A stretch of 64,000 nucleotides of DNA from Myxococcota bacterium (GCA_963676915.2 CAXXVK010000031.1:1-64000), one strand, 5' to 3'. Counted from the first letter of the stretch, positions 18,024 to 29,570 are shown. The notes: generated from the sequence alone by a model not told the origin. Numbers and translations are program-made.

Positions 18024-19424
18024 TCAATCTTCCGCGTTGATGATCAGCCGGAAGTCGATCATGTCGAAATCCTCGCCGGTGTTGTTCACCGTTTTGAGTT
18101 TCCACAATCCGGTTGTCCATTGGCCTTCCACCTGGCTTGTGAAATCGTGGCGATAACTTGCCGAACCATCGTTGGGAACATTGATCACGGTTCCGTCCGG
18201 CATGGTTAAGGTAAATTGCACCTGACCTCGGCGGTCGTCACTGGTCGCCCAGCTATAGCTGAATTCGGCTTTGTCGATTTGGCGGATGTTGTTCATCCAC
18301 CAAGTGAATTCCTTCGTACCGGCAGATGCGGAAGGTCCGCGTTTTTGGTAGGTATCCTGTGAGGAGAACATCCATTCCTGGTCGGAATAATCCTCTTCCA
18401 GTTTGAAGTCGAGACAGAGTTTGTTCAGAGTACTTCCCGCTAGCATGAATTCCGTATCCGTAATCGCCACTTTCCATGTTCCCACTGCATTTTCTTCAAG
18501 GAAATTCATCATTTGCCACGGGGCGGGAACATCGGACTCACGTCCTTCGTTCCACAGATTGACCTGAGTGCCGGACGGCGAAGTCAGATTGATGATCTTG
18601 TCGTTGAAATCACCTTCCATCTGACCGCTCATGGAAATGATGAAATTCACGATAAATACCGGGTCTTCCATATCCACTTCCACCGGAATTTCGATAAACC
18701 CATCCTGGTTTGTCCAGGTGTTGTGATCGGGAATCACGATTGAGCCGCTGTTGGTAGGGCAATAGGTGCGGTCACTGAAGTTGTAGGGCAGACACTCGTT
18801 GTCTACGTCCTCATATCCTTCATCGCATTCGCAAATGACGCCCGTCGTGCTTGGGCGGCATACCGTACGGTGCACACCGACGCAGGGGTTTGGTTCGCAC
18901 ATTTCGGTGTCATCGAGAACGCATTGCTCCTGAATCATGATGTACCCGGAGTCACATTCGCAGATGATCGATCCGCCTATATCACGGCAGAGAGTACGAT
19001 GTTCATCGGTGCAGGGATTCGGCTCGCAGGGGCTGTCCGGGTTGTAGGGAATGTATTCCTCTTCTTCTCGATCGTAGACGTTGTTGTCTTCGTCGAGATC
19101 GATATCCCCATCCGAAGTATTGTTATTTTCACTTCCTTCGGTGCAACGATTAAGAGTTTGGTTACAGTACCAGTGTTCGGCGAATTCGCTTTTACAATAG
19201 TCATCGTCCGAGCAGCGATAATCCGCCCAGGGATCGTCTTGCTGGCACTGACCGTTAAGGGTGTTGCAGATATAGCCTTCGCCCTTCCATTCCACACAAT
19301 CGGCATTGGAACGGCACAGTTCGGTGCTTCCACTGGAATCGCTATCCCCGCAACCGGCTGCAGTAAAAAATCCCAGAGCGACCACCAACATCAGTGTTGA
19401 GGTAAAAATGTGTTTCCAGGTCAT
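18024..19424 (-). CDS. Lipoprotein with Cys module, two EGF-like repeats and proprotein-convertase P-like domains
   Basis: Lipobox AAGC; CEPNPC...HRT.C......ICECD.GY x2; LTSPSGTQVNL...GTWKVAITD and LTMPDGTVI...GLWKL. Confidence 0.8.
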   Translation of the reverse strand: MTWKHIFTSTLMLVVALGFFTAAGCGDSDSSGSTELCRSNADCVEWKGEGYICNTLNGQCQQDDPWADYRCSDDDYCKSEFAEHWYCNQTLNRCTEGSENNNTSDGDIDLDEDNNVYDREEEEYIPYNPDSPCEPNPCTDEHRTLCRDIGGSIICECDSGYIMIQEQCVLDDTEMCEPNPCVGVHRTVCRPSTTGVICECDEGYEDVDNECLPYNFSDRTYCPTNSGSIVIPDHNTWTNQDGFIEIPVEVDMEDPVFIVNFIISMSGQMEGDFNDKIINLTSPSGTQVNLWNEGRESDVPAPWQMMNFLEENAVGTWKVAITDTEFMLAGSTLNKLCLDFKLEEDYSDQEWMFSSQDTYQKRGPSASAGTKEFTWWMNNIRQIDKAEFSYSWATSDDRRGQVQFTLTMPDGTVINVPNDGSASYRHDFTSQVEGQWTTGLWKLKTVNNTGEDFDMIDFRLIINAED

Positions 19425-19831
19425 GGTACTCTCCTCATTGATCCTTTTTTCGCCGCTCAAAATTATAGGCGCGTCGATTGAAAAAATCAATAACCCTTGA
19501 AAATCGTTCATGGTTTCGATGGGTTTTGAGCCGTTTTCCGTACGGCAGCGGTACAAACGGCCTCCTCGTGGCGCATCGAAAGTTCCCATAAAAAGCCCGA
19601 AGTGTCAATAAAAACGACATTCAATGCAGAGATTAGACGTTGCAACAGCCCTAATTTGTCTGTTTCTTTCGGCACTTTTCAAATTGATGAAAGCACCTGA
19701 ATTTTCAAGGAAATTATCATTTTTGTTACTATTCTGATAAACTTGTTTACCGTTTAATTTCAAAAAACAAAGCAAAATGAATTTCATCTTTGTCCGTGTT
19801 GACGCGCTCAAGCTAGAAATAAGGAAAAACA

Positions 19832-20572
19832 ATGAAAAAATCAGCGTATCTTTCCCATGAGGACGCCTATCGATCCATCAAGGAGCGCGGATTGACCAGT
19901 TGGGATGGTGCAGCGGACAAACCGGAGGTCGATCCGGATTACAAAGCGTTTATCGAAAAAGCTCTTAAGGACTTCTGCAAGGTAACTTCTGGGTACGCTA
20001 TTGAACTTGGCTGTGGTACCGGACCTTTGCTTCGTGATCTCTATAGCCGTGGTTGGCAAGGGGTGGGAGTCGATATCAGCGAAACGGCTGTTGCCATGGC
20101 TCGGGAGCAGTCGAAAGATACAAAACTGACTTTCCTGACTGGCGATATTACCCGAACCGACACTATGAACCTGAAAAAAGCCGATCTTGTGCTTGACGGT
20201 CATTGTCTGCATTGTCTGATTGAAGATGAGGATCGTGATTCGTTTTTTCGTAATGCTTACAAGCTGTTGCATCCTGGTGGATTGCTGATTTTGGATGCGA
20301 TGGCAGGCCCGCTCGACCGCGCACAGGCTGCGAAAGAGAACATCGTTTTGCGTGGTAACGTCAGTTTTGCACCTTTGCCGGAGGCTCAAGAAGTTTTGAA
20401 TGCCAAAAAAATCGATGGAATATGGCATCAGCCGGTTCGGCGTCTCGAACACTGGCAGGATATTTTACGACGAATGCGGAAATGGGGTTTCGATCCGTTG
20501 CGCTTTATGGTCACGACGTCGAACAATGATGAATTTATCAGTGATTTGCTGGCAGTAGCGCGAAAAAACTAA
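19832..20572 (+). CDS. Class I SAM-dependent methyltransferase
   Basis: IELGCGTG, GVDIS, DLVLDGHCLHCL, LHPGG. Confidence 0.88.
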   Translation: MKKSAYLSHEDAYRSIKERGLTSWDGAADKPEVDPDYKAFIEKALKDFCKVTSGYAIELGCGTGPLLRDLYSRGWQGVGVDISETAVAMAREQSKDTKLTFLTGDITRTDTMNLKKADLVLDGHCLHCLIEDEDRDSFFRNAYKLLHPGGLLILDAMAGPLDRAQAAKENIVLRGNVSFAPLPEAQEVLNAKKIDGIWHQPVRRLEHWQDILRRMRKWGFDPLRFMVTTSNNDEFISDLLAVARKN

Positions 20573-22173
20573 AAGCGAATCGTTGCCCGAATAGCGGCTT
20601 GTTTCGGTGTCACGACGCCATCCACGGCAATCGTTCGGTCCGGTTTCCAGACGAGCAGCGCCGCCCCCGTGATGATGGCCGCACTTCCCAAACCCATCAA
20701 TGTGCCGCCTATGATTCGAGTGGTCAGGCCCATTCGTTCTTCTTTGTTCGCTTCGCTACGAGCTTCGTCGACGTCCAGATCCGTGTTTCCCGCTCTTAGA
20801 TCGTCAGCACGGTTGTAGGAATCCTGAGCTTCCAATTCGAGAAACACGCCGAATCCCACCGCCATGAGACCTGAAAGCACCGTAAATACGCCCGGACGCC
20901 AATCCGGTACTTTTTCGATATGTTGCCCCGGACGCAGGCTCAAACCGGGTTTCATGTCCACTTCCACGACACGGTTTTCACCGGGTTTCAGTTGTACGGT
21001 TTGCGTCGAGCTTTCAAATCCCTTGCGTACCACGGTTACCTTATAGGAACCGGGAGCCAGTTGAGCAAGATAGATCTTCTCTGCCACCAGTTGGCCATCC
21101 AACCAGATCTCCACTCCCTCTCCCTTGTCGCAATTGGAGCAGCGAACGTGAAGCGAAGCGGTATCGGGAGCGAAAGGATAGGAAAAGCGTGTCAGATCGC
21201 GGGGCGTTACCTCGATAGACGTTTCCACCGGCTCGAAGGGCGCGAGTTCGAGACGAACGTCATGCATTCCGCTACGGACATCCTCCAGCACCACCGGTGT
21301 AACGCCTCGATCCACGTCATCGAGAAGTACCGTAGCTCCGGCGGGAAAAGAGTCGATCATCAGCCGTCCGTGATCCACCGTGAAATCGAAAAATTCCTCT
21401 ATGATTTCATCTTCTTTGAACGTTTGTTCACGCACTGCGGCTTTGTGCTCGCCTTGTCGGCAGGAAATTTCGATTTTCGTACCGTGCAGACCGGGTAGAC
21501 TGACCGGCGTTGTTCCTCGAAGTTTCCCCGCAACATAGACTTCCGCTCCCAGTGGGTCACTTGTAACGCGGAGCACGCCTTCACCATCGCGCAGGCTGGA
21601 CCGTTTGCCGATCAGGTCCGGAAGCATCTGCGATACCGCCTGCGAAACATCGGCGAATTCGGGAACGTCTTCGACGAAGTACCGTTCCTGTTCTTCACCG
21701 AAGTGGCCCAATTTCATTTCGATACGCCAGGCACCGTTTTCCTGATGACTTACGGCCACTTGCGCATTGTGTGTTACGTGCAGACGCTGGGCTACTTCCT
21801 TGAGGCATTCTTCGGGGAGGATACAATCTAACGTACCGTTTTTTCTCTCGAATTCCACTTGCCGACGCAGTTCGTTCGTAGTGAACGACACCAGCAACGG
21901 ATAACCGAAAATCGACTGCTCCACCTTCTTTTGCACGATAGCGGCTTTTTCAACCTCAAGATTTCCTTTGAGGTGTTTTAGCCAGACCCTTAGTCCTTCT
22001 CCAGCGGCATCTTTTGGTTTCAACGTCGGCAGGTCGGTAGAAGGCTTTGCATTTCCTTTATAGGAAGGAGCAAACGGGGCAGGGGATTCCGCCCTTGCCG
22101 ACGTAAGAAACAGACACCAAAACACTATCCACAGAAACCGACTTTTCGGCGCTTTTCGCCGTGCGGTACTCAT
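20569..22173 (-). CDS. PEGA domain-containing exported protein
   Basis: Signal peptide; VTSDPLGAEVYVAG...GTTP and IDSFPAGATVLLDD...GVTP plus a third repeat; C-terminal hydrophobic segments ending ATIRF. Confidence 0.88.
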   Translation of the reverse strand: MSTARRKAPKSRFLWIVFWCLFLTSARAESPAPFAPSYKGNAKPSTDLPTLKPKDAAGEGLRVWLKHLKGNLEVEKAAIVQKKVEQSIFGYPLLVSFTTNELRRQVEFERKNGTLDCILPEECLKEVAQRLHVTHNAQVAVSHQENGAWRIEMKLGHFGEEQERYFVEDVPEFADVSQAVSQMLPDLIGKRSSLRDGEGVLRVTSDPLGAEVYVAGKLRGTTPVSLPGLHGTKIEISCRQGEHKAAVREQTFKEDEIIEEFFDFTVDHGRLMIDSFPAGATVLLDDVDRGVTPVVLEDVRSGMHDVRLELAPFEPVETSIEVTPRDLTRFSYPFAPDTASLHVRCSNCDKGEGVEIWLDGQLVAEKIYLAQLAPGSYKVTVVRKGFESSTQTVQLKPGENRVVEVDMKPGLSLRPGQHIEKVPDWRPGVFTVLSGLMAVGFGVFLELEAQDSYNRADDLRAGNTDLDVDEARSEANKEERMGLTTRIIGGTLMGLGSAAIITGAALLVWKPDRTIAVDGVVTPKQAAIRATIRF

Positions 22174-25079
22174 TTTTCGGCCTCGACGACTTCAGCGGGT
22201 TCTTTGTAGAAAATGCGGATTGCCCACGGGGTGACGATCAACGAGGCCAGCAGGCAACAGCCGATTCCAAGCACGGCCAATTCACCAATGGTATTCAGAC
22301 CTTTGTGGGGTATGAACATCAGCCCGGCGAAACCTGCCATATCCGTCAGGGAAGACGCTGCGACGGTCACGCCGGTGGACATCATCGCTTCGGCCATACC
22401 GCGCTGGCCGACGTTCAATTCCCTGTAACGGTGGAAAATATGAATCGCTCCATCGATTCCCGCACCGAGAATCACCGGAATCACGATGAGGTTATACATG
22501 CCGACTTTCACGTCCAAAATGCCCATCATCGCCAAGGTCCACAACGAACCCAGTGCAATCGTCGAGAAACACAGCAGCGCCCATCGGAAATTTCTCAGGT
22601 CGAACAGCAGAATCAAAAACACGACAAACGCGACCCAGGTAGCAAGCCGCTTACCATCGATTTCCACCAGCCGGATCACATCGGCCAGAATGAATCCCGA
22701 AGCGGCGACCGGAATTTTTGCCTCTTCCAGTTCCTTGGGGACTTCCACGTTTTTCATGTCGCGTACAGGCAAAAAGCCGAAGGTGTCCTGGTAATATCGA
22801 ACTTGAATCGCATCCCAGGGTTGCAGGTCGGCGTAGACGTAGCCCAGCGTTCCCACCTGACCCCGTTGCACGTTGCCGTTTGCATCTTCCCGGTCACGTT
22901 CCCGAATGGATTCGATCGCCCAGGCCGGAATTTTTTCAATAGTGAAGGGTTCGACATCGGTCATCGTCTCCAGTTCCTCAATGATTTCGCGGCTTTTCCC
23001 TTTGACTTTCTTTAAAGCTTCGCGTTGCAGAATCTCTTCGATTTCCTCGATAAGTTCCATGCGTTCTTCCTGTCGGTCCTTATCGGGAACGAAGGTTGCC
23101 ACGGACACGAAGCTTTTGATCGTCACGTTGCGTTTCGCGCGTTCCAGGGCATCGCTCATTTCTTCGAGGTGCTTGGTTTTCCAGGCAGGATCGGAGAACG
23201 TTTTGCGATTTTTTTCATCTTTGAGCCAGTCGAACAATTCCACCGGCCAACCCTGGTCGATAAGTTGTTGTCTTGTTTTCTCGTTATCCACGGCGGCAAG
23301 CATTCGCTGCGTCCAGTCGGGACGCTCGATTTCCAGCCGTTTTTCAGGGTCGCCGAAGGTTCGGATCATCGGTCGGCTCAGACCTTCGCGCTCCAGGTTT
23401 CGGACTTTTTCTCGTTCCATCGTTACGACATCTTCGAGATGCCGATGCACGGCACGCATTTCTTTTTCGCTGCCTCCAAGAATCACGCCCGGTGTCGTGG
23501 TGCGCGAGTCTCCTTCTACCTGTCCGTAATGAATCGTCTGACCGCTTTTTCCGCCTCGCAAGTTGCGGAAATCGTATTCGAATTCCACCGAACCCAGGCC
23601 GAACACTTTCGCGGCGCTCATCAAGAAAATGATCACTGCCGTTCCCGCATAAAAATGCCGCATCCGAATACCTAAAAACAGGCGGTCGCGAATCATTTCG
23701 CCTTTCATGGGAGCAACGCGGGTGGAAACGATTTTTTCGCCGATGAATACGAGTGGTGGCAACATGCCTAGGAATACGACCGTGGCCAACGCCACGCCGA
23801 TTGAAGCCACGATTCCGAATTCGAAAAAGCCTTTGAAATCGGCAACCAACAGAAGCATCATGGCGGCAACGGTGGTCACTGTGGCGCTGACCATCGCTCG
23901 ACCCGTCTGCACTTCGGCTACGGTCATCGATTCCAGAATCGCTTTGCCACGTCTCAGTTCCAGCAAGGTGCGACTGTAAAGGTGGATGCCGTAGTCGATT
24001 CCCATGCCGTAGATCATCGCCACAAGGAAAATCGTCAGCATCGTCAGGCGTCCGTAAACGATTTGTGTGGCAGCCATCGCCCAGATGCAGGTGACGGTCA
24101 GCGGAATCATGACTAGAAGTACCGAGCGGAAATTTCGGAAAAAGAGGATCATAATCAGCAAAATCGCCACCACGGAAATCAACGTGGCTTGCGTTGCATC
24201 TTTGACAAGCTGGTCAGCCTCTTTGAACGAACGATACGGTCCGACGACTTCGGCAATCATTTCAGCGTTGTATTTGCCGCTTTCGTCCTTGCAAAGTCCT
24301 CCGGCGGGCGGACAGATCAACCCTGCTTTTTTGATAGCGTCCTCACCACGAAGCAGCACTTCCTTGGCATAATCGAGGTTGGTGGATGGTTTGTCGAGGT
24401 AGACCTGCAACATACCGATCCGACCGTCCGGGCTGAGCATGTACGAGGTCAAGTCCTTGGGAACCGTAGACTTTTTCTGATTGCCGAACCGTTTGTCGTC
24501 ATCGTGAATTCCGAAAAACGAAGCCAGTTCGCGACCAACCTGCTGGGGAAGTCCCAGTCGACGTACGAGGTCCGGGTCGTACCAGCTTTCGAGACTGTCT
24601 TCTTCGCCCCAGTCGAGCGGACAGGTATTGGAAACCTTGCAGATTTCGATTTCGAGCAGGTCGCGCAGGTCTTCGAGGTCATACATGGGAATATACAAAA
24701 GTGCATGTTTCTTGAAAAACGTGGTTTCCCGCTGAATCTGCACTTTATGGGGACGTCCTTCGACCTCCGGCCAGGTATCGACGATTTCTTTGCGCAACGC
24801 TTCCAGAAACGCCACGTTGGCCCGCACGTCCGGGGATTCGACCGCGATGGTGTACAGGTCGCTCGATCCGACCCGCTTGCGGCTTTCCTTCATCGCTTTA
24901 ACCGAATCGGTGTCTTGCGGAAGAAGGTTTTCGAAATCTTTTACGATTTTAAGATTCGAAATAGGTATGAAGCACAATATCGTTACCAGCAAGAAGGCTG
25001 CCGTCAAAGCAAACGGATGTCGGTGACTCAATCCCACATAACTGGCCAGCATGCGATTGAACCCAGTATTCTTTTCCAT
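22170..25079 (-). CDS. MMPL/RND family (HpnN-like) lipid transporter
   Basis: NLLPQDT, GMGIDYGIH, TGRAMVSATVTT, FKGFFEFG, GAGIDGAIHIFHRY, GLNTIG; two TM halves. Confidence 0.9.
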   Translation of the reverse strand: MEKNTGFNRMLASYVGLSHRHPFALTAAFLLVTILCFIPISNLKIVKDFENLLPQDTDSVKAMKESRKRVGSSDLYTIAVESPDVRANVAFLEALRKEIVDTWPEVEGRPHKVQIQRETTFFKKHALLYIPMYDLEDLRDLLEIEICKVSNTCPLDWGEEDSLESWYDPDLVRRLGLPQQVGRELASFFGIHDDDKRFGNQKKSTVPKDLTSYMLSPDGRIGMLQVYLDKPSTNLDYAKEVLLRGEDAIKKAGLICPPAGGLCKDESGKYNAEMIAEVVGPYRSFKEADQLVKDATQATLISVVAILLIMILFFRNFRSVLLVMIPLTVTCIWAMAATQIVYGRLTMLTIFLVAMIYGMGIDYGIHLYSRTLLELRRGKAILESMTVAEVQTGRAMVSATVTTVAAMMLLLVADFKGFFEFGIVASIGVALATVVFLGMLPPLVFIGEKIVSTRVAPMKGEMIRDRLFLGIRMRHFYAGTAVIIFLMSAAKVFGLGSVEFEYDFRNLRGGKSGQTIHYGQVEGDSRTTTPGVILGGSEKEMRAVHRHLEDVVTMEREKVRNLEREGLSRPMIRTFGDPEKRLEIERPDWTQRMLAAVDNEKTRQQLIDQGWPVELFDWLKDEKNRKTFSDPAWKTKHLEEMSDALERAKRNVTIKSFVSVATFVPDKDRQEERMELIEEIEEILQREALKKVKGKSREIIEELETMTDVEPFTIEKIPAWAIESIRERDREDANGNVQRGQVGTLGYVYADLQPWDAIQVRYYQDTFGFLPVRDMKNVEVPKELEEAKIPVAASGFILADVIRLVEIDGKRLATWVAFVVFLILLFDLRNFRWALLCFSTIALGSLWTLAMMGILDVKVGMYNLIVIPVILGAGIDGAIHIFHRYRELNVGQRGMAEAMMSTGVTVAASSLTDMAGFAGLMFIPHKGLNTIGELAVLGIGCCLLASLIVTPWAIRIFYKEPAEVVEAEK

Positions 25080-25295
25080 ACCGAAACTTCTTTCTTTCGA
25101 AAAAAAAGACCAACGCTTTGCACATTCGCATGCAAGGGTACTCCAGGCACGCGGAAAAGAAAACTTTTTCCCCGTAGAATTCTCAGTTGACAAATATTCC
25201 CGGAGAAAGCGAACGATTCCATAAACTTTCAGACGGAGTCGGACACTTGGTCAAGGTTGCTTTTGGGTGATTTCTTTAAATAGAGAGAGGCTTAA

Positions 25296-25333
25296 CCAAC
25301 GGGGAATTCAATAGAAATGGAATTCCCCGTTGG
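25296..25333 (-). terminator. 14-bp inverted repeat at the end of the pyr operon
   Basis: CCAACGGGGAATTC-N10-GAATTCCCCGTTGG; weak U-tract. Confidence 0.6.
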
Positions 25334-25346
25334 ATGGTTGTGTGGA

Positions 25347-25747
25347 TTATCTGGGATGAACGAGCAACACCCCTTGGCTTGCACCAACAAGGCAGATGTT
25401 TTTTGCGGGAACCATTACCCTCGCTTTGGTGGGGGTGGTGATTTCCACTTGGGCACCTAAAGCGTTCCAGTTGGGTATCGATTCACCGCTCATTTCTACG
25501 ACGACCCGGACGAGGTGATCGTCCTTTTTCTCTTTGAAGCTCTTGATGGCAAATGGCTTCAGTCCTTCCGCCACATGGGGGCAGTTGACCGGAGATTCCT
25601 TGACGACCGGAACGGCGGTGCCATCGGAAGAATCCGCCGTCGGGGCAATGGCATCATCGGGACGCGGCTCTGGCTCTGAACAGGAGGAACAACCCGAAAG
25701 AATCAATAAAAGCAACAAATTGGCAAGGAGCGTCAGGGAAAGACGGT

Positions 25748-25751
<4 letters not shown>
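25347..25751 (-). CDS. Hypothetical lipoprotein at the end of the pyr operon
   Basis: MNRLSLTLLANLLLLLILSGC lipobox; ATGA overlap with pyrC. Confidence 0.75.
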
Positions 25752-27024
<1,273 letters not shown>

Positions 27025-27028
<4 letters not shown>

Positions 27029-27963
27029 TGGGTGACTCCCATTTGCAACATTTGTAAATATAATACAGCCATGCGCACCGCTACACCGTTGGTGACCTGA
27101 TCCAGAATCACAGAGCGCGGCCCGTCGGCGACGTCCGGTTCCATCTCGACGCCTCGGTTGATCGGTCCCGGATGCATGACGATCGCGTCTTTATGCGCCA
27201 ACTCGACACGTTTGCGATTCAGTCCGAAAATGGTGGAATATTCGCGACTTGTGGGGAAAAGGTGTTTGGGCATCCGTTCGAGCTGGATACGCAACATCAT
27301 GATGACATCCACTCCCCGAATGGCGTCTTCGATCTTCGGAAATACTTTGACGTTGCCCAGCTTTTCCAATTCCATCGGAATCATCGGGTAAGGTCCGCAA
27401 ATGTGAATGTCCGCACCCATGGTACTGAGACCGAAGATGTTCGAATGCGCAACCCGGCTGTGGGCGATGTCACCGACGAGCGCCACTTTCAGACCCTCGA
27501 AGCCGCCCTTGTTGTCGCGAATGGTCAGCATATCGAGCAGGGCTTGCGTGGGGTGTTCGTGCCAGCCGTCACCGGCGTTGATGATCGGTTTGTCGATATA
27601 GCGACTCAAGAACCGGTGAGCGCCGCTGAAACCATGCCGCATCACGATCATGTCCACCGCCATGGCTTCGATGTTCCGTACGGTGTCGATCAGCGTTTCG
27701 CCTTTCGTCAGGGAACTCATGGACGTAGATATGCCATACGTGTCGGCCGAAAGCCGCTTGGCGGCCATCTGAAAAGACATTTTTGTTCGGGTGGAAGGCT
27801 CGAAAAACGCCATCAAAATGTTCTTGCCGCGCAGGGCGGGAACTTTTTTGACCGGTCGTTTGGCGATTTCCTTGAAGTTTTCCGCTTGGTCGAGAATTTG
27901 GACGATTCCCTCGCGGCTCATGCCTTCCAACCCAAGCAGGTGCCGGTTGTCAACCTCGCTCAT
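27025..27963 (-). CDS. pyrB: Aspartate carbamoyltransferase catalytic subunit
   Basis: FFEPSTRT, INAGDG..EHPTQALLD, HPGPINRG. Confidence 0.97.
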
Positions 27964-28538
27964 GGTTTCTCCTTTTCGGCGCGTTGTTTCTCGTCGAGTC
28001 CGTAAATGATGACTCTATCTTTCTTTTCACCTTCCTCCCGCAGCAAGACTTCGACTCTTTCGTCCACTGTAGTTGGAATGGTGCGTCCTACATAATCCGG
28101 ATGAATGGGAAATTCACGCAGGCCGCGATCGATCAATACTGCTAGCTGAATCGATTTCGGGCGTCCGAAGTCGATCAGTGCGTCCATTGCGGCGCGAATG
28201 GTTCGGCCTGTGTAAATCACATCGTCGATCAGTACGACTCTTTTCCCGTTGATGTCGCTGTCGAGGTCGGTTCGTCCCACCTGCGGCGCTTTGAGCATGG
28301 GAGCGTCGTCTCGATACAAGGTGATGTCCAGCAGGCCTGACTCGGGGGTCTTTTCCTCTGATTTTTCCATGATCTGCATCATCCGGCGAGCCAGGTGCGC
28401 CCCGCCGGTTTGGATACCGACGATCATCACGTTGTCGATTCCGCCGTTTCGTTCGAGGATTTCACTGGAAAGTCGCACGAGCGCCCGGTGAATCTCTTTC
28501 TGTCCCATCACCATTAATTTTTCGAAATATCCTGTCAT
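27960..28538 (-). CDS. pyrR: PyrR / uracil phosphoribosyltransferase
   Basis: LDITLYRDD, VVLIDDVIYTGRTIRAAMDAL, DRG.REFPI.PDYVG. Confidence 0.95.
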   Translation of the reverse strand: MTGYFEKLMVMGQKEIHRALVRLSSEILERNGGIDNVMIVGIQTGGAHLARRMMQIMEKSEEKTPESGLLDITLYRDDAPMLKAPQVGRTDLDSDINGKRVVLIDDVIYTGRTIRAAMDALIDFGRPKSIQLAVLIDRGLREFPIHPDYVGRTIPTTVDERVEVLLREEGEKKDRVIIYGLDEKQRAEKEKP

Positions 28539-28624
28539 GTGGCCGTCCTTTGGTCAAAGGGCGAAAAAAAACTCCCCGTCGTATTCGGAGAGTGGTTGTT
28601 TCTTGGTTTTGCGGTTCGATGCAT
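28535..28624 (-). CDS. Putative 29-aa pyr leader peptide
   Basis: MHRTAKPRNNHSPNTTGSFFSPFDQRTAT*. Runs through the leader terminator and ends with an ATGA overlap on the pyrR start. Confidence 0.4.
   Translation of the reverse strand: MHRTAKPRNNHSPNTTGSFFSPFDQRTAT
28564..28593 (-). terminator. Attenuator-type intrinsic terminator in the pyrR leader
   Basis: ACTCTCCG-AATACGA-CGGGGAGT followed by a T run, about 25 nt upstream of the pyrR ATG. Confidence 0.75.
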
Positions 28625-28671
28625 GTCCGGTTCCCGGTTCACCCCATCGAGTCTTGGTCAAACTTTTCTGC

Positions 28672-28700
28672 AGCTAACAACATGGGAAGGTGACTGTCAA
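28672..28700 (-). promoter_or_regulatory. Sigma70-type promoter for pyrRBC
   Basis: TTGACA-17 nt-TTAGCT. Confidence 0.55.
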
Positions 28701-28737
28701 GCAAAAAGGCCATGAAGTTGATTGGAAATATCGTTGT

Positions 28738-29481
28738 TTATGGAAAAAACACGGCGCAGGTTACGGGGACGATCCTTGGGAGTTCCCCTGGAGCGTCGAT
28801 TTCCACGAGTGCCGCAAGTCCGCGATTCCCTTTTTTGCTCCACGGTTGCAGTACTCCCGGGTATACGATACGTCCCGCATGATCGAACCAGGAATGCCAG
28901 TGACCCAACGCGAGGTAATCGAGCCTGTGTTTTTCGATGACATCGATGGGAATCGGGTGCTCGTCCGGCTTGCCCAAGTCGTCGAGCATCAACGAACCAT
29001 GCGTCAGGCCGATACGGATAGCCTCTTGCGGCGTCGAATAGTTTGAAAACGTTGCCGTGGGATCGAGCTTGGAACGCTCCGTTTTCAGAGGATGAATCAG
29101 CAGGGAAACCCGACCTTGACACAGGGAAACGACTGTTGGTTCGGAATGGATGTGGATGTTTTCGGGTAGAGCGACAGGAAAACCTTTCGTCCAGACGCTT
29201 TGCTCGTTCGCCGGGTCGTGATTCCCGGAAATCAGGTGCACCTGAAGAGGATGAAACGCTTTCATTGTTTCGGCGAAGCGCTGATATTCCTCGTCGGGAA
29301 GATCGTTGGACTCGAAAATATCCCCCGCAACGAGCACGAAGTCCACGTTTCGTTCGTGGGCCAGTTCAGCCATGTGGAGGATTGTTCGTTCCAGCGAGCA
29401 CACGGCTTTCAGGCTCGTTTCGTCGGAAACTTTGGGTTGGCGTCCCCAGTGCCAGTCTGCGCTATGAAGAAAACGTATCAT
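28738..29481 (-). CDS. SbcD/Mre11-like metallophosphoesterase (catalytic domain only)
   Basis: HSADWHWG, AGDIFE, GNHDP, THG, LALGHWH, YPG. Confidence 0.85.
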   Translation of the reverse strand: MIRFLHSADWHWGRQPKVSDETSLKAVCSLERTILHMAELAHERNVDFVLVAGDIFESNDLPDEEYQRFAETMKAFHPLQVHLISGNHDPANEQSVWTKGFPVALPENIHIHSEPTVVSLCQGRVSLLIHPLKTERSKLDPTATFSNYSTPQEAIRIGLTHGSLMLDDLGKPDEHPIPIDVIEKHRLDYLALGHWHSWFDHAGRIVYPGVLQPWSKKGNRGLAALVEIDAPGELPRIVPVTCAVFFP

Positions 29482-29570
29482 TCGCCGTCCTTGTGGATTG
29501 ACGATTCCTCCGGCCCTGCTATGATCCAAGCAGGTTGTTTGTCCATAGCATATTTCCTCCGGGAGATGGA

